A stretch of DNA of 39,078 nt from Octopus bimaculoides. Its lineage: Eukaryota. The position numbers and the translations under genes were made by a program. Below, piece after piece: positions 12,895-22,250 of this stretch (its first letter is position 1; each line of letters starts with the position of its first letter). The notes beneath the pieces were generated by a model. It was not told where the DNA came from and did not search any database. It saw only the letters and a program-made list of their open reading frames with translations. The DNA lies in the NCBI RefSeq assembly GCF_001194135.2, contig NC_068991.1, forward strand, positions 64,435,227-64,474,304, read 5' to 3'.

Positions 12895-13125
12895 ATAATG
12901 TTTCCGATTTAAGCACAAGGTCAGCGAATTTGAGGGGAGCGTATTAGTCGATTTCATCAATCCCTCTTTTTAAATGGGACTTTATGTTATCGATCCCGGA
13001 CGGATGAGTTCAAATCCCGCCGAGGTTAACTTTGACCTCGTCGGAATTTGAGCTCTGAACGTACATTGCCAGAATATAAAGAGAAAGACATTTTCTGCGA
13101 GTCTCTAACGATTCTGTCGATTCAC
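12895..13125 (-). mobile_element. SINE-A carrying an internal fold-back inversion
   Basis: gcacaagg tail, ttagtcgatt, ttatcgatcccg, ggaatttgagctctgaacgta, ctaacgattctg; inverted 22-nt copy of the B-box/core at 13006-13027. Confidence 0.8.
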
Positions 13126-13164
13126 CATCCTAAATGTTTATGACTTTGGTACAATGCTAGAAAT

Positions 13165-13262
13165 TTTCAAAGAAGGGGTTTAGACGGTTCCAGTACTTAA
13201 CTTTTTTCTATCGGCTATAGAGAGAAGAAAGTCAAAGTTGATCTCGGCAGCATTTGAACACA
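13165..13262 (-). mobile_element. Degraded SINE-A fragment
   Basis: cagtacttaa...aaagtcaaagttgatctcggcagcatttgaac resembles the core. Confidence 0.5.
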
Positions 13263-14337
13263 AGTAGCAGGTTAGCTTTAATAAGTAGGCTTTGAATTGA
13301 GGGAAATTTGTTTCTTATTTTTAGCATGTCGTGCGATCATGTAGGTGCTCTCTCTCCGACTTGATTTGACTGTTAATGCAAGTAGATTACTTTGCGTCTA
13401 GAGACTTCTCTAAACGTTTACAGCTTTCGAATGAGAAGTGCAAATTTGTTTGACAGAAATTTATCTCTGCTTGTCTACATATTGTATCCTATGGCACAAG
13501 TGCCGGTTGCCGCCTTCTCGTTATGTATGAATACTTACGCAGCCGCAGTTATGCGTCTGTCTTCAGAAATACAACGCAAATGAACACTTTGATTGAGAAA
13601 GCATACATGTACATTAATTAATGTGCAAAACACGAGCTGAATGGTCAGTGGAGACACTTGTCATCTCTCATTTTCAACACATTTTTTTTCTTTTTCTGAC
13701 ATTAAATTTAACATTTGAAAAATAAACAAATAATAAGCGGTCGATTTTAACCATACGAAATCCGTAATTACTTTAAAATAAAAGCTTTGATGAGAATAAC
13801 TTGGCATTATTTGACAAGAACATACCACAGGTGAATGCAAATGCACAGTCCTCGGTAATGCGATTGGATTAATTTTGAAATGAAAATGATTTGCTAAGAA
13901 TAGTATTGCGGTAGCCAGTGAGTGTATGAAGAAACTGCAAACGCTTTGTTGAGGACTTATTCCCGCTTCAAATCAAATAGCGTAAACACAATAACAACAC
14001 TAAAATTTGTTTTGATCACATGAATCGTTTTAAAGAAATCCTCAGACTTACGTTAAGAGGGATATGCAGTGATTTTGAGACGTTCATGCATAACGTAAAT
14101 ATAAGGCTATGAAAACTAAATACAAGGACATGGAATCATGTAGAAAGCTCCGCCACGATAATTTCTTGCAATAATCACGAGGCCTAGCAACCTCACAACA
14201 TTAATTAACTGGTTCTTGTTGCCAACCTTACTTTGATTTGAACTCAGAATTCAAACGAAAAGTTTTTTTTCTATATGCATACAGTTAAGCACAATTATAA
14301 TCATTATTTTAATGAACGACAATTATAATAATTTTAT

Positions 14338-14555
14338 TTTCTAATTTTGGCACAAGGCCAGTAACTTTCAGAGGAGGAGACATGTCAATATTATCGACCC
14401 CATTGCTCAACTGGTACTTATTTTATTGACTTCAAACAGATGAAAAGCAAAGTCGACTTGGGTGGAATTTGAACTCAGAACTTAGTAGGTCCGAAGAAAT
14501 ACAGCAAAGCATTATTTTTTGACGTTCTAAATAATTCTGCCAGCTCACCGCCTTT
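14338..14555 (-). mobile_element. SINE-A, full length, diverged
   Basis: ggcacaaggcc tail, aactggtacttatttta, aagcaaagtcgac, ggaatttgaactcagaac (B box), ttctgccagctcaccgcctt (A-box head). Confidence 0.9.
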
Positions 14556-14861
14556 ATTCGATTCACAATTTCTTTTTTTTTTTTTGCCACAAGGGCATCA
14601 GGGAAGGGGGACATTACAAGGGCAGTTTACAATTTGTGACCTTTTACATATAAAAGCTACTGTAAAAAAGAGAGAGGAAGAAAATAAGATAAAAGTAAGC
14701 AAAATATTTAAGGCACAAGACCGCAAATATAACTGAATAGAGAATAAGAATGCGTGACGTTCATGCTTTTCTCAAAAACATTTGTAGCATAAAAAAAACT
14801 ATTTTTACCCAAGAAACCATATCAAATGCTGAATAGTCCTCCAGTAATTAATAGTAATAAT

Positions 14862-15077
14862 CCTTTCTGTTAAAGGCACAAGGCCTGAAATTTTGGGGGT
14901 AGAAATTAGTCGATTACATCCATCTCAGTGTTTCACCCGTACTTAATTTATCGAGCCCGAAATGGGTGAAAGGCAAAAGCCACCTCGGCGGCATTTGAAC
15001 TCATTACGTAAAGACGGACGAAATGCCGCTAAACATTTCGCCCGGCGTGCTAACGATTCTGCCAGCTCGCCGCCTTA
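14862..15077 (-). mobile_element. SINE-A, full length
   Basis: Minus strand reads taaggcggcgagctggcagaatcgttagcacgccgggcg...gagttcaaatgcc: Pol III A and B boxes, core, tail ending in (TTA)n. Confidence 0.95.
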
Positions 15078-15106
15078 ATAATAATACTAATAACAATAAT
15101 AATAAT

Positions 15107-15319
15107 CCTTTCTACTATAGGCACAAGGCCTGAAATTTTGGAGGAGGGGCTAATCGATTATGTCGACCCCAGTGCTTCACTGGTACTTATTTTACCGCCC
15201 TAAAAGGATGAAAGGCAAAGTCGACCTCAGCGGAATTTGAACTCAGAACGTAGCGACGGGTGAAATACCGCTAAGCATTTCGCCCGGCGTGCTAACGATT
15301 CTGCCATTTCGCCACCTTA
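15107..15319 (-). mobile_element. SINE-A, full length
   Basis: Same head, core and tail order; closely similar to 14862-15077. Confidence 0.95.
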
Positions 15320-15372
15320 TTATTATTAATATCATTAATAATAATAATAATAATAAAAATAATAATAATAAT

Positions 15373-15530
15373 CGCTCTTTTATTTAGGCACCAAGCTAGC
15401 AATTTTTTCGTGGATGGCATCAACCTCGAAAACTTGACTAGTATTTATTTCATCAACCCCAGCAGATAAACAACAAACTCAGTTACGTTCAGATTTAAAC
15501 GTAATATTAACTCAGCGTGCTAAATAATAC
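15373..15530 (-). mobile_element. Old degraded SINE-A
   Basis: aggcaccaag tail, gactagtatttatttcatcaacccc, cagcgtgctaa remnants. Confidence 0.45.
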
Positions 15531-15891
15531 ACGTCAGTACTTTATCGATACTACTATTGCAGAAAAAGTAGTTAAAATGACAACAATATAGATCGAATAT
15601 GACTAAAGTTCACGACAGTTTTCTTTTATTTATTTTTTATCTATAAAATTTCCCGATCTTTAAATGTTTATATTTCATTTATGTGTCTACTTATTTGTTT
15701 TCCTTTTCCACGCCTAACCTCATTTTTAGTCTGTGAATGAATTTTCTTTTGTATAGAATTAAAAAGGAAACAAAAAAAAAACGAAAAATATGATCACTTT
15801 TCTTTTTTTTTCTTTTTTTGTCTTTTAAATAAAAAGGAGAATAATAGAAAGCAATCCCTTACCATTTCCGTAAGACCTCTGGTACTTTTAG

Positions 15892-15950
15892 GTGCCGAAT
15901 GTGATTTAACCGATGTGGTTTCCGCGTTAACCGAGGTAAATGAACTCTTC
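15892..15950 (+). CDS. Possible 59-nt internal exon (xAECDLTDVVSALTEVNELF), protein not recognised
   Basis: Flanked by tacttttAG and GTAAGT; only one frame is open; lies in non-repetitive DNA. No homology recognised. Confidence 0.25.
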
Positions 15951-17159
15951 GTAAGTAAAGTGTTCGCAGTGGTGTTTGTTTAAGTTTTGTTAGTGAGTGG
16001 TTATTATATAAATCAAAAGCGAACACGGCTGATATCAAATGCCTTACTTTCGTCTATTGAAGGTAAAAAAAAAATTCTGATAAAACTGACAGGCTCTTTT
16101 CCTATTGGTCGGCTTTGAAGTATGACTAGTTTTATCAATATATTATTATCAAATTGTTGACGTTTTCTCCACTGTCACTTATTATTCTCCTTCCGTGAGA
16201 AGTAAAACAAATTTGTTTTCTCAATTACGCAAAAGGAACTATTGTATGTGTATGTGAAGAAAGGTAAAGTTGTTGATTCAGTAAAATTATTTAGGTAAAT
16301 GAAAAAAGAACCAGTTGTAATGCAACTCGTTTACAGAACGGGAGAAAATTTTGCCGCCAACTGTGAAAACAAATTCGGTTTTGCGCAAGGTGCTTCGCCT
16401 AACTAAAACCTTATCGCATGCTATGTACGTGGATGAAGTGTCGCTATATAAATATATAGATGCGTGTATGTATGTGTGTGCGTGTTTGTGTGTTTAGGAG
16501 AGAAACAGAGAGATTTACAAAGGAGAGAGAGAACGAGTTAAGAAGAGTGAGAGAGAGAGAGAGAGAGATAGAGAGAGGGTTTGAGTGTTACAGTGTGTGT
16601 GTTCCTTTGTTTGCTATCTATCTGTGCATAAACCAAAATGTTAGTGTGTATGAGAATATATCAGCTTCGCGCACGCGTGTTTATCTAGTTTCACTTGTGC
16701 ATGCGTATACGTCTTTCTGCATGTGAGTGTTTTGGTGTGTGTCTGTGTGTGCGTGTGTGTATGCGTCTTATGTTCTTGATATTCTGAAGAAATATGTGTG
16801 TGATATGCGACACTTTTAAGTGTGCGCACAAGTTTACTGGTCAGGGATAGTGTTGCGCACCTATCCGTACTGGTGCACATGTATAAAATATATGTATATA
16901 TATGTATATATGTATGCGTGTATATGTATGTGTGTATGTGCGTGTGTATATGTATGTATGTATTATGTGTGTATGTATGTATGTTTACTGTATGCTGGCT
17001 GTACCAATTCTCACAATACTGTCAGAAAACAAGTAGTGGTATGAATTTGTATGTAGTTTTACTGGTCGTTATTGCCTATTCCGTGGAATTATGGTCTGCT
17101 AGAGGCAGAAACAATAACGGTAATAATTACAACATATACCGCAACAATAATCACGACAA

Positions 17160-17160
17160 C

Positions 17161-17196
<36 letters not shown>

Positions 17197-17344
17197 TGAT
17201 GATGATGATGATGATGATAGCTGCAACAATAAATAAATAAAAGCAAAGCAAACTGTTGTAACAACAATGATAGTAGAATCAAGAACAACAACAACAACAA
17301 TAATAATAATCTTTTTTTCTTTTCAAATAAAAGGTAACGACGAC

Positions 17345-17376
<32 letters not shown>

Positions 17377-17542
17377 CAACGTCCGCGACGATGACGACCA
17401 CAACAATAACAACAAACACAACAATAACAACAAACACAACAATAACAATAAATACTGCTGCTGTTGCTGCAGCGGTAACGAATAACAACAATGCTACATT
17501 ACTACATCCACTACTGCAATACTACTACTACTACTTCTTCAT

Positions 17543-17587
<45 letters not shown>

Positions 17588-17612
17588 ACAACAACAACAA
17601 CACCAGCAACAG
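17160..17612. repeat. Trinucleotide mosaic (AAT, GAT, AAC, CAC, TAC)
   Basis: Consecutive short trinucleotide runs, e.g. (TAC)n at about 17520-17586. Confidence 0.9.
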
Positions 17613-17616
17613 TAGT

Positions 17617-17769
17617 ACTTCTTTCTCTCAATAGGCACGTGGCTTAACTGGTACTTTATTTTATCGACCTCGAAAGGATGAAAGGTAAAGTTGACCTCGG
17701 CGGAATTTGAACTCACCGCCAAGGATTTTTTTTTTTTGTTTTTTCCCCGGCGCAGTGAAGGTTCTGCCT

Positions 17770-17771
<2 letters not shown>
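17617..17771 (-). mobile_element. SINE-A with internal deletions, next to (AAT)n
   Basis: aactggtactttattttatcgacctcgaaaggatgaaaggtaaagttgacctcggcggaatttgaactc core. Confidence 0.9.
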
Positions 17772-17830
<59 letters not shown>

Positions 17831-18105
17831 NNNNNNNNNNNNNNNNNNNNNNNNNNNNNNNNNNNNNNNNNNNNNNNNNNNNNNNNNNNNNNNNNNNNNN
17901 NNNNNNNNNNNNNNNNNNNNNNNNNNNNNNNNNNNNNNNNNNNNNNNNNNNNNNNNNNNNNNNNNNNNNNNNNNNNNNNNNNNNNNNNNNNNNNNNNNNN
18001 NNNNNNNNNNNNNNNNNNNNNNNNNNNNNNNNNNNNNNNNNNNNNNNNNNNNNNNNNNNNNNNNNNNNNNNNNNNNNNNNNNNNNNNNNNNNNNNNNNNN
18101 NNNNN

Positions 18106-19000
18106 TTTTGGTGATAGCAGCAACTGCAGGAATAGTAGCAAAGAACAGCAACAACAACAACAACAACATGAACTACTGCAGCAGAAACTTTGGCAGTAAC
18201 AGCAGCAGCAGCAACTATAACAATACTAATAGCTGCAACGACGGGAAGCAGCACCTGTAGTAGTTTGTAGTAGTAGCAGTAGTGGTGGTGGTGGTGGTGG
18301 TGGGTTAGCTGTAGTATTGGTAGTAGTGCTGATGACTGTTGTGGTCTAGGTGTTGGTAGTAGTTCTGGTGGAACGGTATGAGTAGCAGTAGTAATAACAG
18401 TACGGTGGTGTAGCGCGGCCCTGGTGGCGGTAAAGGTGGTGGTTGTGGTGTTGGTGCTGTTGGTGGTGTAGTGGTGATAATGGTAGTGTAATTTGCGGTG
18501 ATGGTCGTGGTAACACTGGTAGCGTTCGGGAAAAGGTGATTAAAAACGCCGCGGTAGTTCTGGTGGTGGTTATAGTGTGGGTTGCAGTAAAGATAGTGTT
18601 GGTAGTGAGGAGAGATAGTACGGTGATAGCAGTAGTAGTAATAGTAGTAGTTGTTGTTGTTGTTGCTGTAGTAGTAGTGTGGTGTCATGTGTTTATAGCA
18701 GTAGTAGTGTCCATGGAAAATGTAGTAATGGTAGTAGTATTCGAGGTGATGGTGATGGTGGTGGTGGTGGTGGTGGTGAGGCTGGTGTTATGTGGAAAGG
18801 CGGTAGTGGCATTGATGGTAATGTTGGCGTGGTATAAATGACAGTAGTAGTAGTAGTAGTAGCGAGTGGTGCAGTGAATGGACGTGGTAGTGGTGTTGGT
18901 GGAAGGGGTCACGTGTGGTGACGGCGGTGGTAGTAACACTGCATCGTATCATTGTTGCTGTTACGGTTAATTTTGTTGTTGTTGCTGTTGTTGTTATTGT
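18106..19000. repeat. Trinucleotide mosaic (CAG/AAC, then GTA/GGT/GTT)
   Basis: Cryptic simple sequence; composition flips from A/C-rich to G/T-rich at about 18255. Confidence 0.85.
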
Positions 19001-19202
19001 TGTTGTTTAGATTGTAGTTCAGCCCTGATAAAGTAGACTTGTCATCGAAGAGTATTGCAGCTATAACCATTGCGTCCCATTCTCCAACAGCCCCTTTTCT
19101 CACACCTTTCCTAAGACAGTAAGGCATGTGATTTAAGAAAAAAAAAATCGGCTGTTATTTCTAGCATTTTCAGCTGCCACATAGAGGTCTTCTCATTGGC
19201 TC
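18985..19202 (-). mobile_element. Family E copy
   Basis: (TTG)n, then tttagattgtagttcagccctgat...cagctataaccat...ggctgttatttctagc; same order as 19452-19652. Confidence 0.65.
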
Positions 19203-19289
19203 ACCGTATCATATGGTTTTCAAGCGTTGCGTTCATATTACAATCAACATTGCACACTGCACGCACATACTGGCACACACACACGCGCG

Positions 19290-19381
<92 letters not shown>

Positions 19382-19451
19382 TCTCTCTCTCTCTTTCTCT
19401 ATATGTTGTGTTGCAATATTTACAAAATGTGAGGGCTATGTCTTTCGTTCT

Positions 19452-19652
19452 TCAACCCTATTTCAGCCTTGTTTGAGCAGACCTGCGATAAAATAGAATG
19501 TCCGTCTGTGACCATCATGATTTTTACCTGCATAGAGTAAGCCGATAACCGCGTAACCCAACATATCTATTCTCTAAATCGGTATAGTGTAATTTCAGAG
19601 AGACTTGGCTGCTATTTCTAGCGAATAGATTGACTAGGTGGTGGCTCCCTCC
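19452..19652 (-). mobile_element. Family E copy
   Basis: tcagccttgtttgagcagacct...ctgtgaccat...ttggctgctatttctagc...ggctccctc. Confidence 0.65.
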
Positions 19653-19677
19653 TTAACTTTTCTGTGTGACTGGATGA

Positions 19678-19850
19678 TGGAGGTTGTCAGAAGTGATACA
19701 GTGATAAAAGAAACACCTTACTGTATTTAGCTTCCAGCCTTTGTATATTGAGTTCAAATCTATTCAGCTCTATTCTATATCTTTCTGGGGTCCGCTAATC
19801 TCAGTACCTCCCGTATATTGAGGATCGCTTGAGTCAGTAACACCAATACC
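19678..19850 (+). mobile_element. Highly degraded SINE-A
   Basis: ttgagttcaaatct, atctttctggggtc and agtacc in SINE-A order. Confidence 0.4.
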
Positions 19851-20085
19851 TACTCTTTTACTCTTTTACTTGTTTCAGTCATTTGACTGCGGCCATGCTG
19901 GAGCACCGCCTTTAGTCGAACAAATCGACCCCAGGACTTATTCTTTGTAAGCCTAGTACTTTTTCTATCGGTTCTCTTTTGCCGAACCGCTAGGTTACGG
20001 GGACGTAAACACGCCAGCATCGGTTGTCAAGTGATGTTGGGGAGACCAACACAGACACACAAACACACACATACACACACACACA

Positions 20086-20130
<45 letters not shown>

Positions 20131-20174
20131 ACTTGGGGATGGTCATATTGCCAGTTTAGCCAATAATCTTGCAA

Positions 20175-20220
<46 letters not shown>

Positions 20221-20384
20221 CGTCGGGCTTCTTTCAGTTTCCGTCTACCAAATCCACTCACAAGGCTTTTGTCGACCCGAAGCTATAGTAGAAGACACTT
20301 GCCCAAGGTGCCACGCAGTGGGACCGAACCCGGAACCATGTGGTTGGTAAGCAAGCTACTTACCACACAGCCACTCCTGCGCCT
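19851..20384 (-). mobile_element. SINE-BC, full length: tRNA-like head (B), internal microsatellite, 3' module (C), (AGTAAAAG)n tail
   Basis: Minus strand starts aggcgcaggagtggctgtgtggtaag...ggttcggtccc (A/B boxes), then cttgggcaagtgtcttctactatag, (TA)n/(TG)n, and ggcggtgctccagcatggccgcagtcaaatgactgaaacaagtaaaagagtaaaagagta. Confidence 0.95.
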
Positions 20385-20504
20385 ACTTTAACGATAAAAA
20401 AAAGCGTTCGTGTTAGTATAACAATGTTAGGAATTATGTTTGACAAAATGGATATTATTGTTACTGCCCCTGCTGCTATCGCTGGTGCGGCTACTACTTA
20501 TGTT

Positions 20505-20691
20505 ATTGTTGTGGTTGTTGTTGTTGTTTGAGCGAACCTGTGACGAAAAGCATCTCATGCGCGACCATTCTGACACTATATATCAAGGACTACAATAGCT
20601 CGTATTTTTTTTTTAATATTTTTTAGCTGTAGGATATGATTTCAGGGAAGATTAGGTTGTTATTTCTAGTAAATATAGCGTCCACCTAGAG
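20505..20691 (-). mobile_element. Family E copy interrupted by a hAT MITE
   Basis: (GTT)n, gagcgaacctgtga, tatcaaggactaca, ggttgttatttctagt. Confidence 0.6.
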
Positions 20692-20936
20692 CAGTCTTTA
20701 TCAAACATTTTATATCTATAATCCCTTTGATTCCTATTTTATTCGAGTGGATCCTCATATTCCTCCGTATTTAAAAAAAAAAATCCTATTATAGTTTTTT
20801 AATTAAATGTTTGGAATTGTATTTTAAAAAATGTCAAAATATTTTATGCATTGTAGAAGCATACATAAATGATAACAAAAAAAAAATCTTATAGGTACCC
20901 TCAAGGTTCAGATGAACCTCCGGTTGAGAACCTCTG
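20692..20936. mobile_element. hAT (Charlie/MER5-like) MITE, 245 bp
   Basis: Ends CAGTCTTTATCAAAC and GTTGAGAACCTCTG; 8-bp target duplication acctagag (20684-20691) / acctagaa (20937-20944) with the central CTAGA typical of Charlie targets. Confidence 0.8.
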
Positions 20937-21264
20937 ACCTAGAAGTTACCCCGTTCAATGTTGATGTTAGTTGATGTTAGTAGCAAAAGTTTAGTTATTA
21001 CTTGGGCATACTGGTAAGGGCCGGTGTCAGGTTAACAGTAAGGTTTAATTAGTGACAGGGCTAGGTAACATGGTTTGGTAATAATACTTACTTGTAATTT
21101 GACCGTTGGATTTGTTAGACGTATTGGGTTGGTCACCATGACTACAACCATCACTCCAGAAGGAGTATGTCTAAGTAACATACTATGCTTTTATTAATTG
21201 CTTTAGGGGCCTCCGTAGTAACGAGCAGAGGTAGACACCCTTTTTCTGTCCGCCTATCTTTGAT

Positions 21265-21436
21265 CCAGCGAAATAACCAGTATCTACAGCAAAATGGATT
21301 TTAAAAATGGTGGACTAGAATTAAGCTGGTGCTCAAATTGAGCTGCATCGCCTGGAATAACATGAAAAGAAACGCATTGCTCAAGAGCTCAATGGGCAGC
21401 TTGGCTTGGAGTCAAATCTACTGTCTTATGATCATA
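21265..21436 (-). mobile_element. Degraded tRNA/Meta-domain-like SINE remnant
   Basis: Minus strand ...ctcttgagcaatgcgtttcttttcatgttattccaggcgatgcagctcaatttgagcacc resembles 32690-32750. Family assignment is from recall. Confidence 0.3.
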
Positions 21437-22164
21437 TAACGGTTAAGATTGATTAGGTACACAATAATATGAAATGTCGGAATCAGGAGTTGTAACGATA
21501 AAAATCTGTTGTTATAACGGCAATTTGTAGGATGTGGAAGATGAACAATGCATGAAGTTTTAAGGAAATATTCATTTACCGTTACGTTACAATACCTTGC
21601 CTCAACGGACAGGTTATGATAAATCCAAAAGCATGCGAAGTAAAGTTTGTATTTGTGTTCTCTTCATTGTTTAGTTGTAATTACAGAGAGAGATAGAATA
21701 ATGTTGTAAGAGAACAGAATTAGAGCTAGTGAAAGTTGTAGGGTTGTGGGGGGGTTGTCTCACAGTTGCTGACAGTAAATATCATTTCTCTCGCTGACCA
21801 ATGTCTTTAGTAGCTGCCTTCCTTGTGATCATGATTTTAGCAGTCCCTTCCTTAATTGAGTCGTCACGAGCCGCCCCGCTCAGTTGTCACCAGGTGACTA
21901 CTTCGTTTTTGCTTGGGGGTTCTTGCTTTTATAACTATCCAGCAGCCAGAAGAATAGACATATCGTTGAGAACAATGGGCTTCGTTGGTGGTACTGTGAT
22001 ATCTCTATTCTAGCTTTTGGTGAAGTAGAAGAGGTTATAAGGGTCAAGTGTTGAAGACATTATTTCGGCCTAGCTAAAGACAATCTGGCAAATGTAAAAC
22101 TGCTGTTAGAGAAAAACCATTGTTCCACCGTGAGAAAAGTTCTATTGAGCTGTTAATTTAAATT

Positions 22165-22250
22165 TGGCTATGGTGGATCGAATCCACTTCATGCCTGCAA
22201 GATCGAACAATCGTGTACGTAACACCCTAACCAGTAGGCCACACATCCTC
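22165..22250 (-). mobile_element. Isolated tRNA-like SINE head
   Basis: Minus strand gtgtggcctactggttagggtgtt (A box) ... ggattcgatcc (B box); no complete cloverleaf. Confidence 0.45.

Noticed and set aside
13539-13560. Minus-strand micro-exon candidate ending at GTAAGT
   Set aside because: Poor acceptor and poor exonic donor context; nothing links it to other candidates.
17041-17166. Short ORF MNLYVVLLVVIAYSVELWSARG... resembling a signal peptide
   Set aside because: Runs straight into Asn repeats from AAC/AAT microsatellite; no splice or other support.
17267-18939. Poly-T/N/Y/V/P ORFs in the trinucleotide mosaic
   Set aside because: Homopolymeric frames are open on both strands, as expected for simple repeats.
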